Assembly (NCBI RefSeq): GCF_046105845.1
Contig: NZ_CP151004.1
Direction: 5' to 3' (one strand)
DNA: 64,000 bases
Source: Escherichia coli
GTDB taxonomy: Bacteria; Pseudomonadota; Gammaproteobacteria; Enterobacterales; Enterobacteriaceae
This document shows, in pieces, positions 31,666-43,264 of this stretch. Position numbers and translations under genes: made by a program. The number at the start of each line of letters is the position of its first letter. The stretch's first letter is position 1. The notes beneath the pieces were generated by a model. That model saw nothing but the letters and a program-made list of their open reading frames with translations, was not told the origin of the DNA and searched no databases.

Positions 31666-32574
31666 ATGCAATTACGTAAACCTGCCACAGCAATCCTGGC
31701 CCTGGCGCTTTCCGCAGGACTGGCACAGGCAGATGACGCCGCCCCGGCAGCGGGCAGTACGCTGGACAAAATCGCCAAAAACGGTGTGATTGTCGTCGGT
31801 CACCGTGAATCTTCAGTACCTTTCTCTTATTACGACAATCAGCAAAAAGTGGTGGGTTACTCGCAGGATTACTCCAACGCCATTGTTGAAGCAGTGAAAA
31901 AGAAACTCAACAAACCAGACTTGCAGGTGAAACTGATTCCGATCACCTCACAAAACCGTATTCCACTGCTGCAAAACGGCACTTTCGATTTTGAATGTGG
32001 TTCTACCACCAACAACGTCGAACGCCAAAAACAGGCGGCTTTCTCTGACACTATTTTCGTGGTCGGTACGCGCCTGTTGACCAAAAAGGGTGGCGATATC
32101 AAAGATTTCGCCGATCTGAAAGGCAAAGCCGTAGTCGTCACTTCCGGCACTACCTCTGAAGTTTTGCTCAACAAACTGAATGAAGAGCAAAAAATGAATA
32201 TGCGAATTATCAGCGCCAAAGATCACGGTGACTCTTTCCGCACCCTGGAAAGCGGTCGTGCCGTTGCCTTTATGATGGATGATGCTCTGCTGGCTGGTGA
32301 ACGTGCGAAAGCGAAGAAACCAGACAACTGGGAAATCGTCGGCAAGCCGCAGTCTCAGGAAGCCTACGGTTGTATGTTGCGTAAAGACGATCCGCAGTTC
32401 AAAAAGCTGATGGATGACACTATCGCTCAGGTGCAGACCTCCGGTGAAGCGGAAAAATGGTTTGATAAATGGTTCAAAAATCCCATTCCGCCGAAAAACC
32501 TGAACATGAATTTCGAACTGTCGGACGAAATGAAAGCACTGTTCAAAGAACCGAATGACAAAGCACTGAACTAA
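31666..32574 (+). CDS. gltI: Glutamate/aspartate ABC transporter periplasmic binding protein GltI (302 aa)
   Basis: ORF 31591..32574; ATG 31666 preceded by AAGGAG gives MQLRKPATAILALALSAGLAQA... signal peptide. Confidence 0.95.
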   Translation: MQLRKPATAILALALSAGLAQADDAAPAAGSTLDKIAKNGVIVVGHRESSVPFSYYDNQQKVVGYSQDYSNAIVEAVKKKLNKPDLQVKLIPITSQNRIPLLQNGTFDFECGSTTNNVERQKQAAFSDTIFVVGTRLLTKKGGDIKDFADLKGKAVVVTSGTTSEVLLNKLNEEQKMNMRIISAKDHGDSFRTLESGRAVAFMMDDALLAGERAKAKKPDNWEIVGKPQSQEAYGCMLRKDDPQFKKLMDDTIAQVQTSGEAEKWFDKWFKNPIPPKNLNMNFELSDEMKALFKEPNDKALN

Positions 32575-32577
32575 TTA

Positions 32578-32731
32578 CAAGAACCAGGGGCGGAAATTCC
32601 AGCCCTCTCGATTGTTACGTAGCACGGACAGACTATACGCCTGATGGTCGTTCCCCATCGGGCCTGAAAACCGCAATACGCTGGGTAACAATCTTCGAGG
32701 GTAGCAGTTAACGCTGCTACCCTCTTTTTTC
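32578..32731 (+). ncRNA. sroC: SroC sRNA (GcvB sponge) processed from the gltI-gltJ spacer
   Basis: Conserved gltI-gltJ intergenic region ending in terminator GGGTAGCAGttaacGCTGCTACCCtctttttt; position matches the known SroC locus. Confidence 0.6.
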
Positions 32732-32743
32732 TGGAGTAGATTT

Positions 32744-33484
32744 ATGTCTATAGACTGGAACTGGGGTATTTTTTTACAACAAGCCCCGTTCGGCAACACC
32801 ACCTATCTTGGTTGGATCTGGAGTGGTTTTCAGGTCACGATCGCTTTGTCGATCTGCGCCTGGATTATCGCTTTCCTCGTCGGTTCATTTTTCGGCATTT
32901 TACGTACCGTTCCAAACCGTTTTCTCTCCGGTCTGGGTACGTTGTATGTCGAACTGTTCCGCAACGTGCCGTTGATTGTGCAATTCTTTACCTGGTATCT
33001 GGTGATCCCGGAGCTGCTGCCGGAGAAAATCGGCATGTGGTTTAAGGCCGAGCTGGATCCCAATATTCAGTTTTTCCTTTCATCCATGCTCTGCCTGGGG
33101 CTGTTTACCGCCGCCCGTGTTTGCGAACAGGTACGCGCCGCGATCCAGTCGCTGCCGCGTGGGCAGAAGAATGCCGCGCTGGCGATGGGTCTGACGCTGC
33201 CGCAGGCTTACCGCTATGTACTGTTGCCTAATGCTTATCGCGTTATCGTCCCGCCGATGACCTCCGAGATGATGAACCTGGTGAAAAACTCCGCCATCGC
33301 CTCGACCATCGGTCTGGTGGATATGGCGGCGCAGGCGGGTAAATTGCTCGACTACTCGGCCCACGCCTGGGAGTCGTTTACCGCCATCACGCTGGCGTAT
33401 GTGTTGATTAACGCGGTTATCATGCTGGTAATGACGCTGGTTGAACGTAAAGTTCGCCTGCCCGGCAACATGGGGGGCAAATAA
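32744..33484 (+). CDS. gltJ: Glutamate/aspartate ABC transporter permease GltJ (246 aa)
   Basis: [35 protein letters not shown]..., polar amino-acid permease family. Confidence 0.95.
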
Positions 33485-34158
33485 TGTACGAGTTTGACTG
33501 GAGTTCCATTGTCCCTTCCCTGCCATATCTGCTCGACGGGCTGGTGATCACCCTGAAAATCACCGTCACGGCAGTCGTGATTGGTATTTTGTGGGGCACC
33601 ATGCTGGCGGTGATGCGCTTGTCCAGCTTTGCGCCCGTAGCGTGGTTTGCCAAAGCCTACGTTAACGTATTCCGCTCGATTCCTTTAGTTATGGTTTTGC
33701 TGTGGTTTTACCTGATTGTGCCGGGTTTTCTGCAAAACGTGCTGGGATTATCGCCAAAAAATGATATCCGTTTAATTTCGGCGATGGTGGCGTTTTCGAT
33801 GTTTGAAGCGGCCTACTATTCAGAGATTATCCGCGCCGGTATTCAAAGTATTTCTCGTGGTCAGTCGAGCGCCGCGCTGGCGTTGGGGATGACTCACTGG
33901 CAGTCGATGAAACTGATTATTCTGCCGCAGGCGTTCCGCGCGATGGTGCCGCTGCTGCTCACTCAGGGCATCGTACTGTTCCAGGATACCTCACTGGTGT
34001 ATGTGTTATCTCTGGCCGATTTCTTCCGTACCGCCTCAACCATTGGTGAGCGTGATGGTACGCAGGTTGAGATGATCCTGTTTGCCGGATTTGTTTATTT
34101 CGTTATTAGCCTTAGCGCATCGTTGTTGGTCAGCTACTTGAAAAGAAGGACAGCATAA
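33484..34158 (+). CDS. gltK: Glutamate/aspartate ABC transporter permease GltK (224 aa)
   Basis: [31 protein letters not shown]...; start overlaps gltJ stop (TAATG). Confidence 0.95.
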
Positions 34159-34883
34159 TGATTACCCTGAAAAATGTTTCAAAATGGTATGGTCACTTTC
34201 AGGTGCTGACCGACTGCTCAACCGAAGTGAAAAAAGGCGAAGTGGTGGTGGTTTGCGGCCCGTCTGGTTCCGGCAAATCAACGCTGATTAAAACCGTCAA
34301 CGGCCTCGAACCGGTGCAGCAAGGTGAAATCACCGTCGATGGCATCGTGGTTAACGACAAGAAAACCGATCTGGCAAAGCTGCGTTCCCGCGTCGGGATG
34401 GTGTTCCAGCATTTCGAGTTGTTCCCCCATTTGTCGATTATTGAAAACCTGACCCTGGCGCAGGTGAAAGTGCTTAAACGCGATAAAGCACCCGCTCGTG
34501 AAAAAGCATTGAAATTGCTGGAGCGCGTCGGGCTTTCCGCACATGCCAATAAGTTTCCGGCGCAGCTTTCCGGCGGTCAGCAGCAGCGTGTGGCGATCGC
34601 TCGCGCATTGTGCATGGATCCTATCGCGATGCTGTTCGACGAACCGACATCGGCGCTGGATCCGGAGATGATCAACGAAGTGCTGGACGTGATGGTGGAA
34701 CTGGCGAACGAAGGAATGACCATGATGGTGGTGACCCACGAAATGGGCTTTGCCCGTAAAGTGGCGAATCGGGTGATCTTTATGGACGAGGGTAAAATTG
34801 TCGAAGACTCGCCGAAAGACGCTTTCTTCGATGATCCGAAATCGGACCGCGCAAAAGACTTCCTCGCGAAAATCCTGCATTAA
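34158..34883 (+). CDS. gltL: Glutamate/aspartate ABC transporter ATP-binding protein GltL (241 aa)
   Basis: [45 protein letters not shown]..., Walker A, LSGGQQQR signature. Confidence 0.95.
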   Translation: MITLKNVSKWYGHFQVLTDCSTEVKKGEVVVVCGPSGSGKSTLIKTVNGLEPVQQGEITVDGIVVNDKKTDLAKLRSRVGMVFQHFELFPHLSIIENLTLAQVKVLKRDKAPAREKALKLLERVGLSAHANKFPAQLSGGQQQRVAIARALCMDPIAMLFDEPTSALDPEMINEVLDVMVELANEGMTMMVVTHEMGFARKVANRVIFMDEGKIVEDSPKDAFFDDPKSDRAKDFLAKILH

Positions 34884-35000
34884 TCACTCTGGCGCGCATA
34901 CCCAATTGCGCGCCATCTCACGCTTTATCGTTTCGCCCCTCGTATCTGTTACATCCTGGCGTTACCCTTGTCGCAAAGAAGCACACAACAAGGAGCAACA

Positions 35001-35936
35001 ATGGCACTGCCAATTCTGTTAGATTGCGACCCAGGTCATGACGACGCTATCGCAATAGTTCTCGCCCTCGCCTCACCAGAGCTTGATGTCAAAGCAATTA
35101 CGTCTTCCGCCGGAAACCAGACACCAGAAAAAACCTTACGCAATGTTCTGCGTATGCTGACCTTGCTTAATCGCACCGATATTCCGGTAGCAGGCGGCGC
35201 GGTAAAACCGTTAATGCGTGAGTTGATTATCGCGGACAATGTGCACGGCGAAAGCGGTCTCGACGGCCCGGCATTACCGGAACCGACGTTCGCACCGCAA
35301 AACTGTACGGCGGTAGAGCTGATGGCGAAAACACTACGTGAAAGTGCGGAACCTGTCACGATTGTTTCTACCGGACCGCAAACTAACGTTGCCTTGCTGC
35401 TCAATAGCCACCCGGAACTGCATAGCAAAATTGCCCGTATCGTGATTATGGGCGGTGCAATGGGGCTTGGTAACTGGACGCCTGCGGCTGAATTTAATAT
35501 TTACGTTGACCCGGAAGCGGCAGAAATTGTCTTCCAGTCAGGGATCCCGGTGGTGATGGCCGGTCTGGATGTTACTCACAAAGCACAAATTCACGTTGAG
35601 GACACCGAGCGTTTCCGCGCCATTGGCAACCCTGTTTCAACCATTGTTGCCGAACTGCTGGATTTCTTCCTCGAATATCATAAAGACGAAAAATGGGGCT
35701 TTGTCGGCGCACCGCTGCATGACCCATGCACCATCGCCTGGCTGTTAAAACCGGAGTTGTTTACCACTGTTGAGCGCTGGGTTGGCGTGGAAACACAAGG
35801 GAAATATACCCAGGGTATGACGGTTGTTGATTATTATTATCTGACCGGCAATAAACCGAATGCTACTGTAATGGTCGATGTTGATCGTCAGGGCTTTGTT
35901 GATTTACTGGCTGATCGTCTGAAATTTTACGCTTAA
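35001..35936 (+). CDS. rihA: Pyrimidine-specific ribonucleoside hydrolase RihA (311 aa)
   Basis: ORF 34968..35936; ATG 35001 gives [22 protein letters not shown]..., DxDxxxDD nucleoside hydrolase motif. Confidence 0.95.
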   Translation: MALPILLDCDPGHDDAIAIVLALASPELDVKAITSSAGNQTPEKTLRNVLRMLTLLNRTDIPVAGGAVKPLMRELIIADNVHGESGLDGPALPEPTFAPQNCTAVELMAKTLRESAEPVTIVSTGPQTNVALLLNSHPELHSKIARIVIMGGAMGLGNWTPAAEFNIYVDPEAAEIVFQSGIPVVMAGLDVTHKAQIHVEDTERFRAIGNPVSTIVAELLDFFLEYHKDEKWGFVGAPLHDPCTIAWLLKPELFTTVERWVGVETQGKYTQGMTVVDYYYLTGNKPNATVMVDVDRQGFVDLLADRLKFYA

Positions 35937-35942
35937 TCACTC

Positions 35943-35967
35943 GCCGGATGACATCACGCCATCCGGC
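35943..35967. repeat. Short REP-like hairpin in the 44-bp rihA-ybeL spacer
   Basis: GCCGGATGacatcacgcCATCCGGC. Confidence 0.4.
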
Positions 35968-35980
35968 ACCACTCATTTCA

Positions 35981-36463
35981 TTAAGGCTCGAACGGGCGTC
36001 TCTGGAACTGGTCATGACCACATTTCGGGCATAGCGTCAGCACTTCCGGTGTATAGATCGGGAGATGGAAATGACATTTCTCGCAGACCAGATTTCCCAG
36101 CCCTACCACTTCTCCGCTGTGATAAACCCCGTGATGATTGAGGTCCTGGAAAACTTCGCGCCATTCAAGCTGCGTTTTATCGGTGATGTCTGCCAGCTCC
36201 TGCCACAAGCTTTCTTTAATCACCCGCATAAAGACGCTGTCAGACTCTTCTTTCAGGCTCTCTTCATAGCTCATGGCGAACTCTTCCAGGTCACGTCTGA
36301 CAGCTCGCGTCAGCTCATCGACTTCGGTTCGCGTTAACTCCCCTGTTTTTATTACGCGCTCGCGCGCCTGTTCCACCAGTGCGTCGATATCACGTTCGCC
36401 ATTGCGCAGGCGTTCGCTCAGTGACGCGACCAGTTCACGGTAATATTGAGCAACCTTGTTCAT
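35981..36463 (-). CDS. ybeL: DUF1451 zinc-ribbon protein YbeL (160 aa)
   Basis: ORF MNKVAQYYRELVASLSERLRNGERDIDALVEQ..., C-terminal CxxC...CPxCG. Confidence 0.9.
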   Translation of the reverse strand: MNKVAQYYRELVASLSERLRNGERDIDALVEQARERVIKTGELTRTEVDELTRAVRRDLEEFAMSYEESLKEESDSVFMRVIKESLWQELADITDKTQLEWREVFQDLNHHGVYHSGEVVGLGNLVCEKCHFHLPIYTPEVLTLCPKCGHDQFQRRPFEP

Positions 36464-36698
36464 CGTTTCATCTCCCGGGTCGTTAACTGACTATAATAAT
36501 AGACGTTCTTTGTTCCTTGCTTTGCTAATACGCCCACAAACTCTGTAAATTAATGTATGAATAATCCGAGCATCATTTCAACGTCGAGTGCGCGAAAGGC
36601 TGTTTTGACGCGGACGTTTGGGCTATGCTATGCGGATCTGAAAAACCACCTCAAACGCTACTTTTGTAGCCGTAATGAAAACAGGACCACTGGCTGCC

Positions 36699-39281
36699 AT
36701 GCAAGAGCAATACCGCCCGGAAGAGATAGAATCCAAAGTACAGCTTCATTGGGATGAGAAGCGCACATTTGAAGTAACCGAAGACGAGAGCAAAGAGAAG
36801 TATTACTGCCTGTCTATGCTTCCCTATCCTTCTGGTCGACTACACATGGGCCACGTACGTAACTACACCATCGGTGACGTGATCGCCCGCTACCAGCGTA
36901 TGCTGGGCAAAAACGTCCTGCAGCCGATCGGCTGGGACGCGTTTGGTCTGCCTGCGGAAGGCGCGGCGGTGAAAAACAACACCGCACCGGCACCGTGGAC
37001 GTACGACAACATCGCGTACATGAAAAACCAGCTCAAAATGCTGGGCTTTGGTTATGACTGGAGCCGCGAGCTGGCAACCTGTACACCGGAATACTACCGT
37101 TGGGAACAGAAATTCTTCACCGAGCTGTATAAAAAAGGCCTGGTATATAAGAAGACTTCTGCAGTCAACTGGTGCCCGAACGACCAGACCGTACTGGCGA
37201 ACGAACAAGTTATCGACGGCTGCTGCTGGCGCTGCGATACCAAAGTTGAGCGTAAAGAGATCCCGCAATGGTTTATCAAAATCACTGCTTACGCTGACGA
37301 GCTGCTCAACGATCTGGATAAACTGGATCACTGGCCAGACACCGTTAAAACCATGCAGCGTAACTGGATTGGTCGTTCCGAAGGCGTAGAAATCACTTTC
37401 AACGTTAACGACTATGACAACACGCTGACCGTTTACACTACCCGTCCGGACACCTTTATGGGTTGTACCTACCTGGCGGTAGCGGCAGGTCATCCGCTGG
37501 CACAGAAAGCGGCGGAAAATAATCCTGAACTGGCCGCCTTTATTGACGAATGCCGTAACACCAAAGTTGCCGAAGCTGAAATGGCGACGATGGAGAAAAA
37601 AGGCGTCGATACTGGCTTTAAAGCGGTTCACCCATTAACGGGCGAAGAAATTCCCGTTTGGGCAGCAAACTTCGTATTGATGGAATACGGCACGGGCGCA
37701 GTTATGGCGGTTCCGGGCCACGACCAGCGCGACTACGAGTTTGCCTCTAAATACGGCCTGAATATCAAACCGGTTATCCTGGCAGCTGACGGCTCTGAGC
37801 CAGATCTTTCTCAGCAAGCCCTGACTGAAAAAGGCGTGCTGTTCAACTCTGGCGAGTTCAACGGTCTTGACCATGAAGCGGCCTTCAACGCTATCGCCGA
37901 TAAACTGACTGCGATGGGCGTTGGCGAGCGTAAAGTGAACTACCGCCTGCGCGACTGGGGTGTTTCCCGTCAACGTTACTGGGGCGCGCCGATTCCGATG
38001 GTGACGCTGGAAGACGGTACCGTAATGCCGACCCCGGACGACCAGCTGCCGGTGATCCTGCCGGAAGATGTGGTGATGGACGGCATTACCAGCCCGATTA
38101 AAGCAGATCCGGAGTGGGCAAAAACTACCGTTAACGGTATGCCAGCGCTGCGTGAAACCGACACTTTCGACACCTTTATGGAGTCCTCCTGGTACTATGC
38201 GCGCTACACTTGCCCGGAGTACAAAGAAGGTATGCTGGATTCCAAAGCGGCTAACTACTGGCTGCCGGTGGATATCTACATTGGTGGTATCGAACACGCC
38301 ATTATGCACCTGCTCTACTTCCGCTTCTTCCACAAACTGATGCGTGATGCAGGCATGGTGAACTCTGACGAACCAGCGAAACAGTTGCTGTGTCAGGGTA
38401 TGGTGCTGGCAGATGCCTTCTACTATGTTGGCGAAAACGGCGAACGTAACTGGGTTTCCCCGGTTGATGCTATCGTTGAACGTGACGAGAAAGGCCGTAT
38501 CGTGAAAGCGAAAGATGCGGCAGGCCATGAACTGGTTTATACCGGCATGAGCAAAATGTCCAAGTCGAAGAACAACGGTATCGACCCGCAGGTGATGGTT
38601 GAACGTTACGGCGCGGACACCGTTCGTCTGTTTATGATGTTTGCTTCTCCGGCTGATATGACTCTCGAATGGCAGGAATCCGGCGTGGAAGGGGCTAACC
38701 GCTTCCTGAAACGTGTCTGGAAACTGGTTTACGAGCACACAGCGAAAGGTGATGTTGCGGCACTGAACGTTGATGCGCTGACTGAAGATCAGAAAGCGCT
38801 GCGTCGCGATGTGCATAAAACGATCGCTAAAGTGACCGATGATATCGGCCGTCGTCAGACCTTCAACACCGCAATTGCGGCGATTATGGAGCTGATGAAC
38901 AAACTGGCGAAAGCACCGACCGATGGCGAGCAGGACCGCGCCCTGATGCAGGAAGCGCTGCTGGCGGTAGTCCGTATGCTTAACCCGTTCACCCCGCACA
39001 TCTGCTTCACGCTGTGGCAGGAACTGAAAGGCGAAGGCGATATCGACAACGCACCGTGGCCGGTTGCTGACGAAAAAGCGATGGTGGAAGACTCCACGCT
39101 GGTCGTGGTGCAGGTTAACGGTAAAGTCCGTGCAAAAATCACCGTTCCGGTGGACGCAACGGAAGAACAGGTTCGCGAACGTGCTGGCCAGGAACATCTG
39201 GTAGCAAAATATCTTGATGGCGTTACCGTGCGTAAAGTGATTTACGTACCCGGTAAACTCCTCAATCTGGTCGTTGGCTAA
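36699..39281 (+). CDS. leuS: Leucyl-tRNA synthetase (860 aa)
   Basis: ORF 36675..39281; ATG 36699 gives [56 protein letters not shown]..., HMGH and KMSKS motifs. Confidence 0.97.
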   Translation: MQEQYRPEEIESKVQLHWDEKRTFEVTEDESKEKYYCLSMLPYPSGRLHMGHVRNYTIGDVIARYQRMLGKNVLQPIGWDAFGLPAEGAAVKNNTAPAPWTYDNIAYMKNQLKMLGFGYDWSRELATCTPEYYRWEQKFFTELYKKGLVYKKTSAVNWCPNDQTVLANEQVIDGCCWRCDTKVERKEIPQWFIKITAYADELLNDLDKLDHWPDTVKTMQRNWIGRSEGVEITFNVNDYDNTLTVYTTRPDTFMGCTYLAVAAGHPLAQKAAENNPELAAFIDECRNTKVAEAEMATMEKKGVDTGFKAVHPLTGEEIPVWAANFVLMEYGTGAVMAVPGHDQRDYEFASKYGLNIKPVILAADGSEPDLSQQALTEKGVLFNSGEFNGLDHEAAFNAIADKLTAMGVGERKVNYRLRDWGVSRQRYWGAPIPMVTLEDGTVMPTPDDQLPVILPEDVVMDGITSPIKADPEWAKTTVNGMPALRETDTFDTFMESSWYYARYTCPEYKEGMLDSKAANYWLPVDIYIGGIEHAIMHLLYFRFFHKLMRDAGMVNSDEPAKQLLCQGMVLADAFYYVGENGERNWVSPVDAIVERDEKGRIVKAKDAAGHELVYTGMSKMSKSKNNGIDPQVMVERYGADTVRLFMMFASPADMTLEWQESGVEGANRFLKRVWKLVYEHTAKGDVAALNVDALTEDQKALRRDVHKTIAKVTDDIGRRQTFNTAIAAIMELMNKLAKAPTDGEQDRALMQEALLAVVRMLNPFTPHICFTLWQELKGEGDIDNAPWPVADEKAMVEDSTLVVVQVNGKVRAKITVPVDATEEQVRERAGQEHLVAKYLDGVTVRKVIYVPGKLLNLVVG

Positions 39282-39295
39282 GCGCGGGAGGAAGC

Positions 39296-39877
39296 GTGCG
39301 ATATCTGGCAACATTGTTGTTATCTCTGGCGGTGTTAATCACCGCCGGGTGTGGCTGGCATCTGCGTGATACCACGCAGGTTCCTTCCACTATGAAGGTC
39401 ATGATCCTGGACTCAGGCGATCCGAACGGGCCATTAAGCCGTGCGGTGCGTAACCAGTTACGTCTGAATGGTGTCGAGTTGCTTGATAAAGAAACCACGC
39501 GTAAGGACGTTCCATCCCTGCGTTTGGGTAAAGTGAGCATCGCGAAAGATACCGCATCGGTATTCCGTAACGGTCAAACAGCAGAGTATCAGATGATCAT
39601 GACGGTCAATGCGACCGTGTTGATCCCCGGCCGTGACATCTACCCGATTAGCGCCAAAGTCTTCCGTTCGTTCTTCGATAACCCGCAAATGGCGTTAGCG
39701 AAAGATAACGAACAAGACATGATCGTAAAAGAGATGTACGACCGTGCTGCCGAACAGCTGATTCGTAAGCTGCCAAGCATCCGTGCTGCGGATATTCGTT
39801 CCGACGAAGAACAGACGTCGACCACAACGGATACTCCGGCAACGCCTGCACGCGTCTCTACCACGCTGGGTAACTGA
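39296..39877 (+). CDS. lptE: LPS assembly lipoprotein LptE (193 aa), GTG start
   Basis: [26 protein letters not shown]..., lipobox ITAGC; immediately downstream of leuS. Confidence 0.93.
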
Positions 39878-40908
39878 TGATTCGGTTGTACCCGGAACAA
39901 CTCCGCGCGCAGCTCAATGAAGGGCTGCGCGCGGCGTATCTTTTACTTGGTAACGATCCTCTGTTATTGCAGGAAAGCCAGGACGCTATTCGTCAGGTAG
40001 CTACGGTACAAGGATTCGAAGAACACCACACTTTTTCCATTGATCCCAACACTGACTGGAATGCGATCTTTTCGTTATGCCAGGCCATGAGTCTGTTTGC
40101 CAGTCGACAAACGCTATTGCTGTTGTTACCAGAAAACGGACCGAATGCGGCGATCAATGAACAACTTCTCACACTCACCGGACTTCTGCATGACGACCTG
40201 CTGTTGATCGTCCGCGGTAATAAATTAAGCAAAGCGCAAGAAAATGCCGCCTGGTTTACTGCTCTTGCGAATCGCAGCGTGCAGGTGACCTGTCAGACAC
40301 CGGAGCAGGCTCAGCTTCCCCGCTGGGTTGCTGCGCGCGCAAAACAGCTCAACTTAGAACTGGATGACGCGGCGAATCAGGTGCTCTGCTACTGTTATGA
40401 AGGTAACCTGCTGGCGCTGGCTCAGGCACTGGAGCGTTTATCGCTACTCTGGCCAGACGGCAAACTGACATTACCTCGCGTTGAACAGGCGGTGAATGAT
40501 GCCGCGCATTTCACCCCTTTTCATTGGGTTGATGCTTTGTTGATGGGAAAAAGTAAGCGCGCGTTGCATATTCTTCAGCAACTGCGTCTGGAAGGCAGCG
40601 AACCGGTTATTTTGTTGCGCACATTACAACGTGAACTGTTGTTACTGGTTAACCTGAAACGCCAGTCTGCCCATACGCCACTGCGTGCGTTGTTTGATAA
40701 GCATCGGGTATGGCAGAACCGCCGGGGCATGCTGGGCGAGGCGTTAAATCGCTTAAGCCAGCCGCAGTTACGTCAGGCCGTGCAACTCCTGACACGAACG
40801 GAACTCACCCTCAAACAAGATTACGGTCAGTCAGTGTGGGCAGAGCTGGAAGGGTTATCTCTTCTGTTATGCCATAAACCCCTGGCGGACGTATTTATCG
40901 ACGGTTGA
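39877..40908 (+). CDS. holA: DNA polymerase III delta subunit HolA (343 aa)
   Basis: [43 protein letters not shown]... Confidence 0.95.
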
Positions 40909-40909
40909 T

Positions 40910-41551
40910 ATGAAATCTTTACAGGCTCTGTTTGGTGGCACCTTTGATCCGGTGCACTATGGTCATCTTAAACCCGTGGAAACGCTGGCGAATTTGATTG
41001 GTCTGACGCGGGTCACAATCATCCCTAATAATGTTCCTCCGCATCGTCCCCAGCCGGAAGCGAACAGCGTACAGCGTAAACACATGCTTGAACTGGCGAT
41101 TGCCGACAAGCCATTATTTACTCTTGATGAACGCGAGCTAAAGCGCAATGCCCCCTCTTACACTGCGCAAACACTGAAAGAGTGGCGGCAGGAACAAGGG
41201 CCGGACGTGCCGCTGGCGTTTATTATTGGTCAGGATTCACTGCTGACCTTTCCGACCTGGTACGAATACGAAACGATACTCGACAATGCACATTTGATCG
41301 TCTGTCGGCGTCCAGGTTACCCACTTGAAATGGCGCAACCGCAATACCAGCAATGGCTGGAAGATCATTTGACACATAACCCGGAAGATCTTCACCTTCA
41401 GCCTGCCGGTAAAATTTATCTGGCTGAAACGCCGTGGTTTAACATCTCCGCGACCATCATCCGCGAACGTTTGCAAAACGGTGAATCGTGTGAGGATTTA
41501 TTGCCGGAACCGGTACTGACTTACATTAACCAACAAGGCTTGTATCGCTGA
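40910..41551 (+). CDS. nadD: Nicotinate-nucleotide adenylyltransferase NadD (213 aa)
   Basis: [35 protein letters not shown]..., GGxFxPxHxGH motif. Confidence 0.95.
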
Positions 41552-41574
41552 TACCTGTCGTTACGGAGGGCATG

Positions 41575-42186
41575 ATGCGACTGTGGTTAATTCGTCATGG
41601 TGAAACGCAAGCGAATATCGATGGTCTTTACAGCGGTCATGCGCCCACCCCCCTGACTGCGCGCGGTATTGAGCAAGCGCAAAATCTGCATACGCTGCTA
41701 CATGGTGTTTCCTTTGACCTGGTTTTATGCAGTGAACTGGAACGGGCACAGCATACCGCGCGACGGGTTCTCAGTGACCGCCAGCTCCCCGTGCAAATCA
41801 TCCCTGAACTCAACGAAATGTTTTTTGGCGACTGGGAGATGCGACATCATCGCGACCTCATGCAAGAAGATGCCGAAAACTATAGCGCGTGGTGCAATGA
41901 CTGGCAGCATGCTATCCCCACGAACGGTGAAGGATTTCAGGCATTTTCACAACGTGTGGAACGGTTTATCGCAAGGCTTAGTGAATTTCAGCACTATCAG
42001 AATATTTTAGTCGTCAGCCATCAGGGTGTACTGAGTCTGTTAATCGCCCGTTTAATTGGTATGCCTGCCGAAGCTATGTGGCATTTTCGCGTTGACCAGG
42101 GGTGTTGGAGCGCCATTGATATCAACCAAAAATTCGCGACGCTACGCGTCCTCAATAGCCGTGCCATCGGGGTCGAGAATGCATGA
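41575..42186 (+). CDS. cobC: Alpha-ribazole phosphatase / phosphoglycerate-mutase family protein CobC (203 aa)
   Basis: ORF 41572..42186, MRLWLIRHGETQANIDGLYSGH..., RHG histidine phosphatase motif. Confidence 0.9.
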   Translation: MRLWLIRHGETQANIDGLYSGHAPTPLTARGIEQAQNLHTLLHGVSFDLVLCSELERAQHTARRVLSDRQLPVQIIPELNEMFFGDWEMRHHRDLMQEDAENYSAWCNDWQHAIPTNGEGFQAFSQRVERFIARLSEFQHYQNILVVSHQGVLSLLIARLIGMPAEAMWHFRVDQGCWSAIDINQKFATLRVLNSRAIGVENA

Positions 42187-42427
42187 CTTTTCTGTTTTTT
42201 TACGGGTAAGCCGCAACGACCATTGACAGCCCTGGGCAGGCTGATATTCTCCGCAGCCAGACTTTTTTCGCCAGACACGACTTTGTAGAAATTGTTTTAC
42301 AAAAATGGCGATGCAATCTGCGGCGCGGGGTGGGATGATAGCCCACTTTCGAAAGCCGATTCGGCGACAATTGTCCCGAAATCGCCTCTGGTTCAGGTAT
42401 ACTGACAGACCATTTTTATCTATTTGA

Positions 42428-42763
<336 letters not shown>

Positions 42764-42766
42764 TGC

Positions 42767-43234
42767 GTGAAGCTGCAACTTGTCGCCGTGGGAACGAAAA
42801 TGCCGGACTGGGTACAAACTGGTTTTACCGAGTACCTGCGTCGTTTTCCGAAAGATATGCCCTTCGAGCTGATTGAAATTCCGGCCGGAAAACGCGGCAA
42901 GAATGCGGACATCAAGCGCATACTCGACAAAGAGGGTGAGCAGATGTTGGCGGCCGCAGGCAAAAACCGCATTGTCACCCTCGATATTCCAGGCAAGCCC
43001 TGGGATACGCCGCAGTTAGCCGCTGAGCTGGAACGCTGGAAGCTGGATGGTCGCGACGTCAGTCTACTGATTGGCGGGCCTGAAGGGTTGTCGCCTGCCT
43101 GTAAAGCGGCGGCTGAGCAGAGCTGGTCGCTGTCGGCGCTTACCCTCCCCCATCCGCTGGTTCGCGTGCTGGTCGCAGAGAGTCTGTACCGGGCGTGGAG
43201 CATCACCACCAACCATCCTTATCACCGTGAGTGA
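42767..43234 (+). CDS. rlmH: 23S rRNA m3Psi1915 methyltransferase RlmH (155 aa), GTG start
   Basis: [48 protein letters not shown]... Confidence 0.93.
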
Positions 43235-43264
43235 TAAGGGAGCTTTGAGTAGAAAACGCAGCGG

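Noticed and set aside
37635-39314. 559-codon ORF on the minus strand (also 36840..37631, 263 codons)
   Set aside because: Antisense to leuS; no recognisable domain and a composition typical of antisense frames of highly expressed genes.
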